Assembly: GCF_964188315.1 (NCBI RefSeq) | Contig: NC_135666.1 | Location: 2,418,001 to 2,482,000, forward strand | Direction of reading: 5' to 3' | Length of the DNA: 64,000 bases | Source of the DNA: Podarcis muralis | Lineage: Eukaryota | Shown here: positions 62,147 to 64,000 of the stretch, piece after piece | How positions within the stretch are numbered: the first letter of the stretch is position 1 | Layout: every line of letters begins with the position of its first letter | Program-made: the position numbers and the translations under genes | Notes under the pieces: generated by a model | Databases searched by the model: none | Seen by the model: the letters and a program-made list of their open reading frames with translations, nothing else | What the model was told of the DNA's origin: nothing

Positions 62147-63649
62147 AAATCTGGAGTTTGGGTTTCACCAGCCTCCTATTAACAGGACTGGAGGAACCAG
62201 TAGCTGTGGCCAGGAAGGCCAGATCTGGAAGATGAGAAGCCACCAGTGTTGTCTACAGGGTTTCAGGCCAAGGATTTTCCCAGCCATTTCAGGAGATGCC
62301 CACCTGGGACCTTCTGCTCTAACACAGGGCTTTGACCATTCCTCAGACTTAGTCCAGGCATTCTCCAAGGAGGTCAGTCACTGACTGCTAACCTCCAGGG
62401 TTGAGGGTGCTATACATTGGCAAGGGCTGGCTTTTGCAAGTATCTAATTGGTCAGTGGGCACTGTAGGTAACTGGATGCCAGACGAGATGGAGCCTGGAA
62501 AACATAAGAGCCTGCCTGTTGGATCAGGCCAGTTGCCCATCTAGTCCAGCATCTTGTCCTCACAGCAGCCAACCAGATGGGAAGCCCACAAGCGGGGCAT
62601 GAGTGCGAGAGAAACTGGTATTCCAGCAACTGGTATTCAGAAGGATTACTGTGCACAGCTGTGGAGGCAGAGCGTAGCCATCATGGCAAGCACCCATGGA
62701 GAGCCTTCTCCGTCCCCTAGAGATCCAGATCTTTACTGAAGAAGTTGTTCACAGCTCTGCCCCCCAACCCACAACATCTAGGGGCAGAGGGATCAATGCC
62801 TTTGCATGGAGCTGGAGAAGTCTTGCTTGGAAGGCTTGCTGAGAGCCCTAGAAGATACCAAGGGAAACATCGCTTCCTTGTTCTCAGTGCTAACTGGACA
62901 CAATCCTACTTCCAGGAAGCCAGACCCTCTTCACTTTGGGCATAAATATATTTTTGTTTTTTGCACCTGTGCAGTTGGAAACAGCCTCAGCACACACCCC
63001 AAACAAGGAAAAGGGGCAGTTTGTAAAGAGGTCTCATTTCCTTCTTATTGTTTTCTTAAAGCAGGTAGTGATTCCGGGAACACCTTATTGATTCATAAAA
63101 AATTATGCACTGCTTGATTTGTGAAAACTAAACAAACCTCAACGTGCTTTACAAAAAAAATAGAACAACAACAACAATAATTTATTATCTATACCCCACC
63201 CATCTGCCTGGGTTTCCCCCGCAACTCTGGGCAGCTCCTAACAGAATATTAAAAACACAGTAAAACATCAAACATTAAAACTTCCCTAAACAGGGCTGCC
63301 TTCAGATGTCTTCTAAAAGTCAGATAGTTGTTTATTTCCTTGACATCTCATGGGGGGGGGGGCATTCCACAGGGCGGGTGCCACTACCAAGAAGGCCCTC
63401 TGCCTGGTTTTCTTGTCAATAAGAAAAATCAACAATGTAAAACTTTCAAAAAAATTAAAACAACAATGGAGTAGAAACAGATTGAAGGACACACTCCTTT
63501 TTTGGAGGTTTTATAGCAGAGGTTGGATGGCCACTTGTCAGGGATGCTGCATAACTTGACCTGTGATAGGAGCCTCTATCGCAAAGTCTCCCCTTCCCAG
63601 CCTCTTCGCATGCTAAGCTGCTTACCCATCTTGTTCTTTTCTGCTTGAG

Positions 63650-64000
63650 GTCTCCCATAGCTCCAGCCCAAGACAAGACCGTTTTTCAGGCAACGAGTTA
63701 ACGCTTGACATGGCCCTGGATTCCTTCGATGACCAATACGAGGGCTGTGAACAGACGATGGAGAAGGAGATTGCACGGCTAAACCAAACCGAGCTCCTCA
63801 AAAACAAAATTTATGCCAAAGCCTGGAAATTAGCAGCCAACTTGAGGGATGATAGTAACTGGCCCAGAAACCTCAAGCCAGAGTACGCTGCAGCAATCAT
63901 GGCTTATACCCTTGAAGAACCCAGGTTGTATCCTGATTTCAACGCAGCTGTAAGAGAAGCTGGGGAATCCAAGGAACATTACCGGAATAATTTCGACTTC
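63650..64000 (+). CDS. Ecto-ADP-ribosyltransferase copy 2 catalytic exon (runs off window)
   Basis: 6 differences from copy 1 in 351 bp, frame open, same acceptor. Confidence 0.93.

Larger units (their letters stand above)
53456..64000 (+). repeat. Segmental duplication, copy 2 of shared block (with extra L1 and MITE insertions)
   Basis: Colinear with 1-6700 except for copy-specific insertions; runs off window end inside ART exon 2. Confidence 0.97.

Noticed and set aside
1-64000. CRISPR arrays, rRNA or prokaryotic operons
   Set aside because: None seen; repeats are microsatellites, TEs and segmental duplications of a vertebrate genome

Overview
Vertebrate genomic DNA, most likely a lacertid lizard (inferred from Sauria-type SINEs, BovB tails, and squamate-style CR1/L2/L1 families); it is not prokaryotic. 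The window spans one full period (~53.4 kb) of a tandem segmental duplication: position 1 matches ~53456, and 1-6700 recurs at ~53456-64000. The unit carries a GLRA4 terminal exon/3'UTR, an ecto-ADP-ribosyltransferase gene with intact R-S-EXE motifs (two copies visible, the second with a young L1 in intron 1), and a cluster of P-loop immune-type GTPases. These are a CaaX-ended GIMAP, a spliced two-domain GIMAP with GxxxxGRS P-loops, a non-GIMAP septin/AIG1-like GTPase truncated by an L2, and two copies of a GIMAP pseudogene inside a nested 4.4/5.6-kb tandem duplication with a templated junction. Two interferon-type regulatory motifs are visible (triple ISRE in a CpG island; CCAAT-ISRE-GAS cluster). 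The rest is dense TE content, including a DIRS/Ngaro fragment, a solo LTR, MITEs and a HAL1-like element. Exon models are read by eye from splice signals and phase; no database search or alignment was run.
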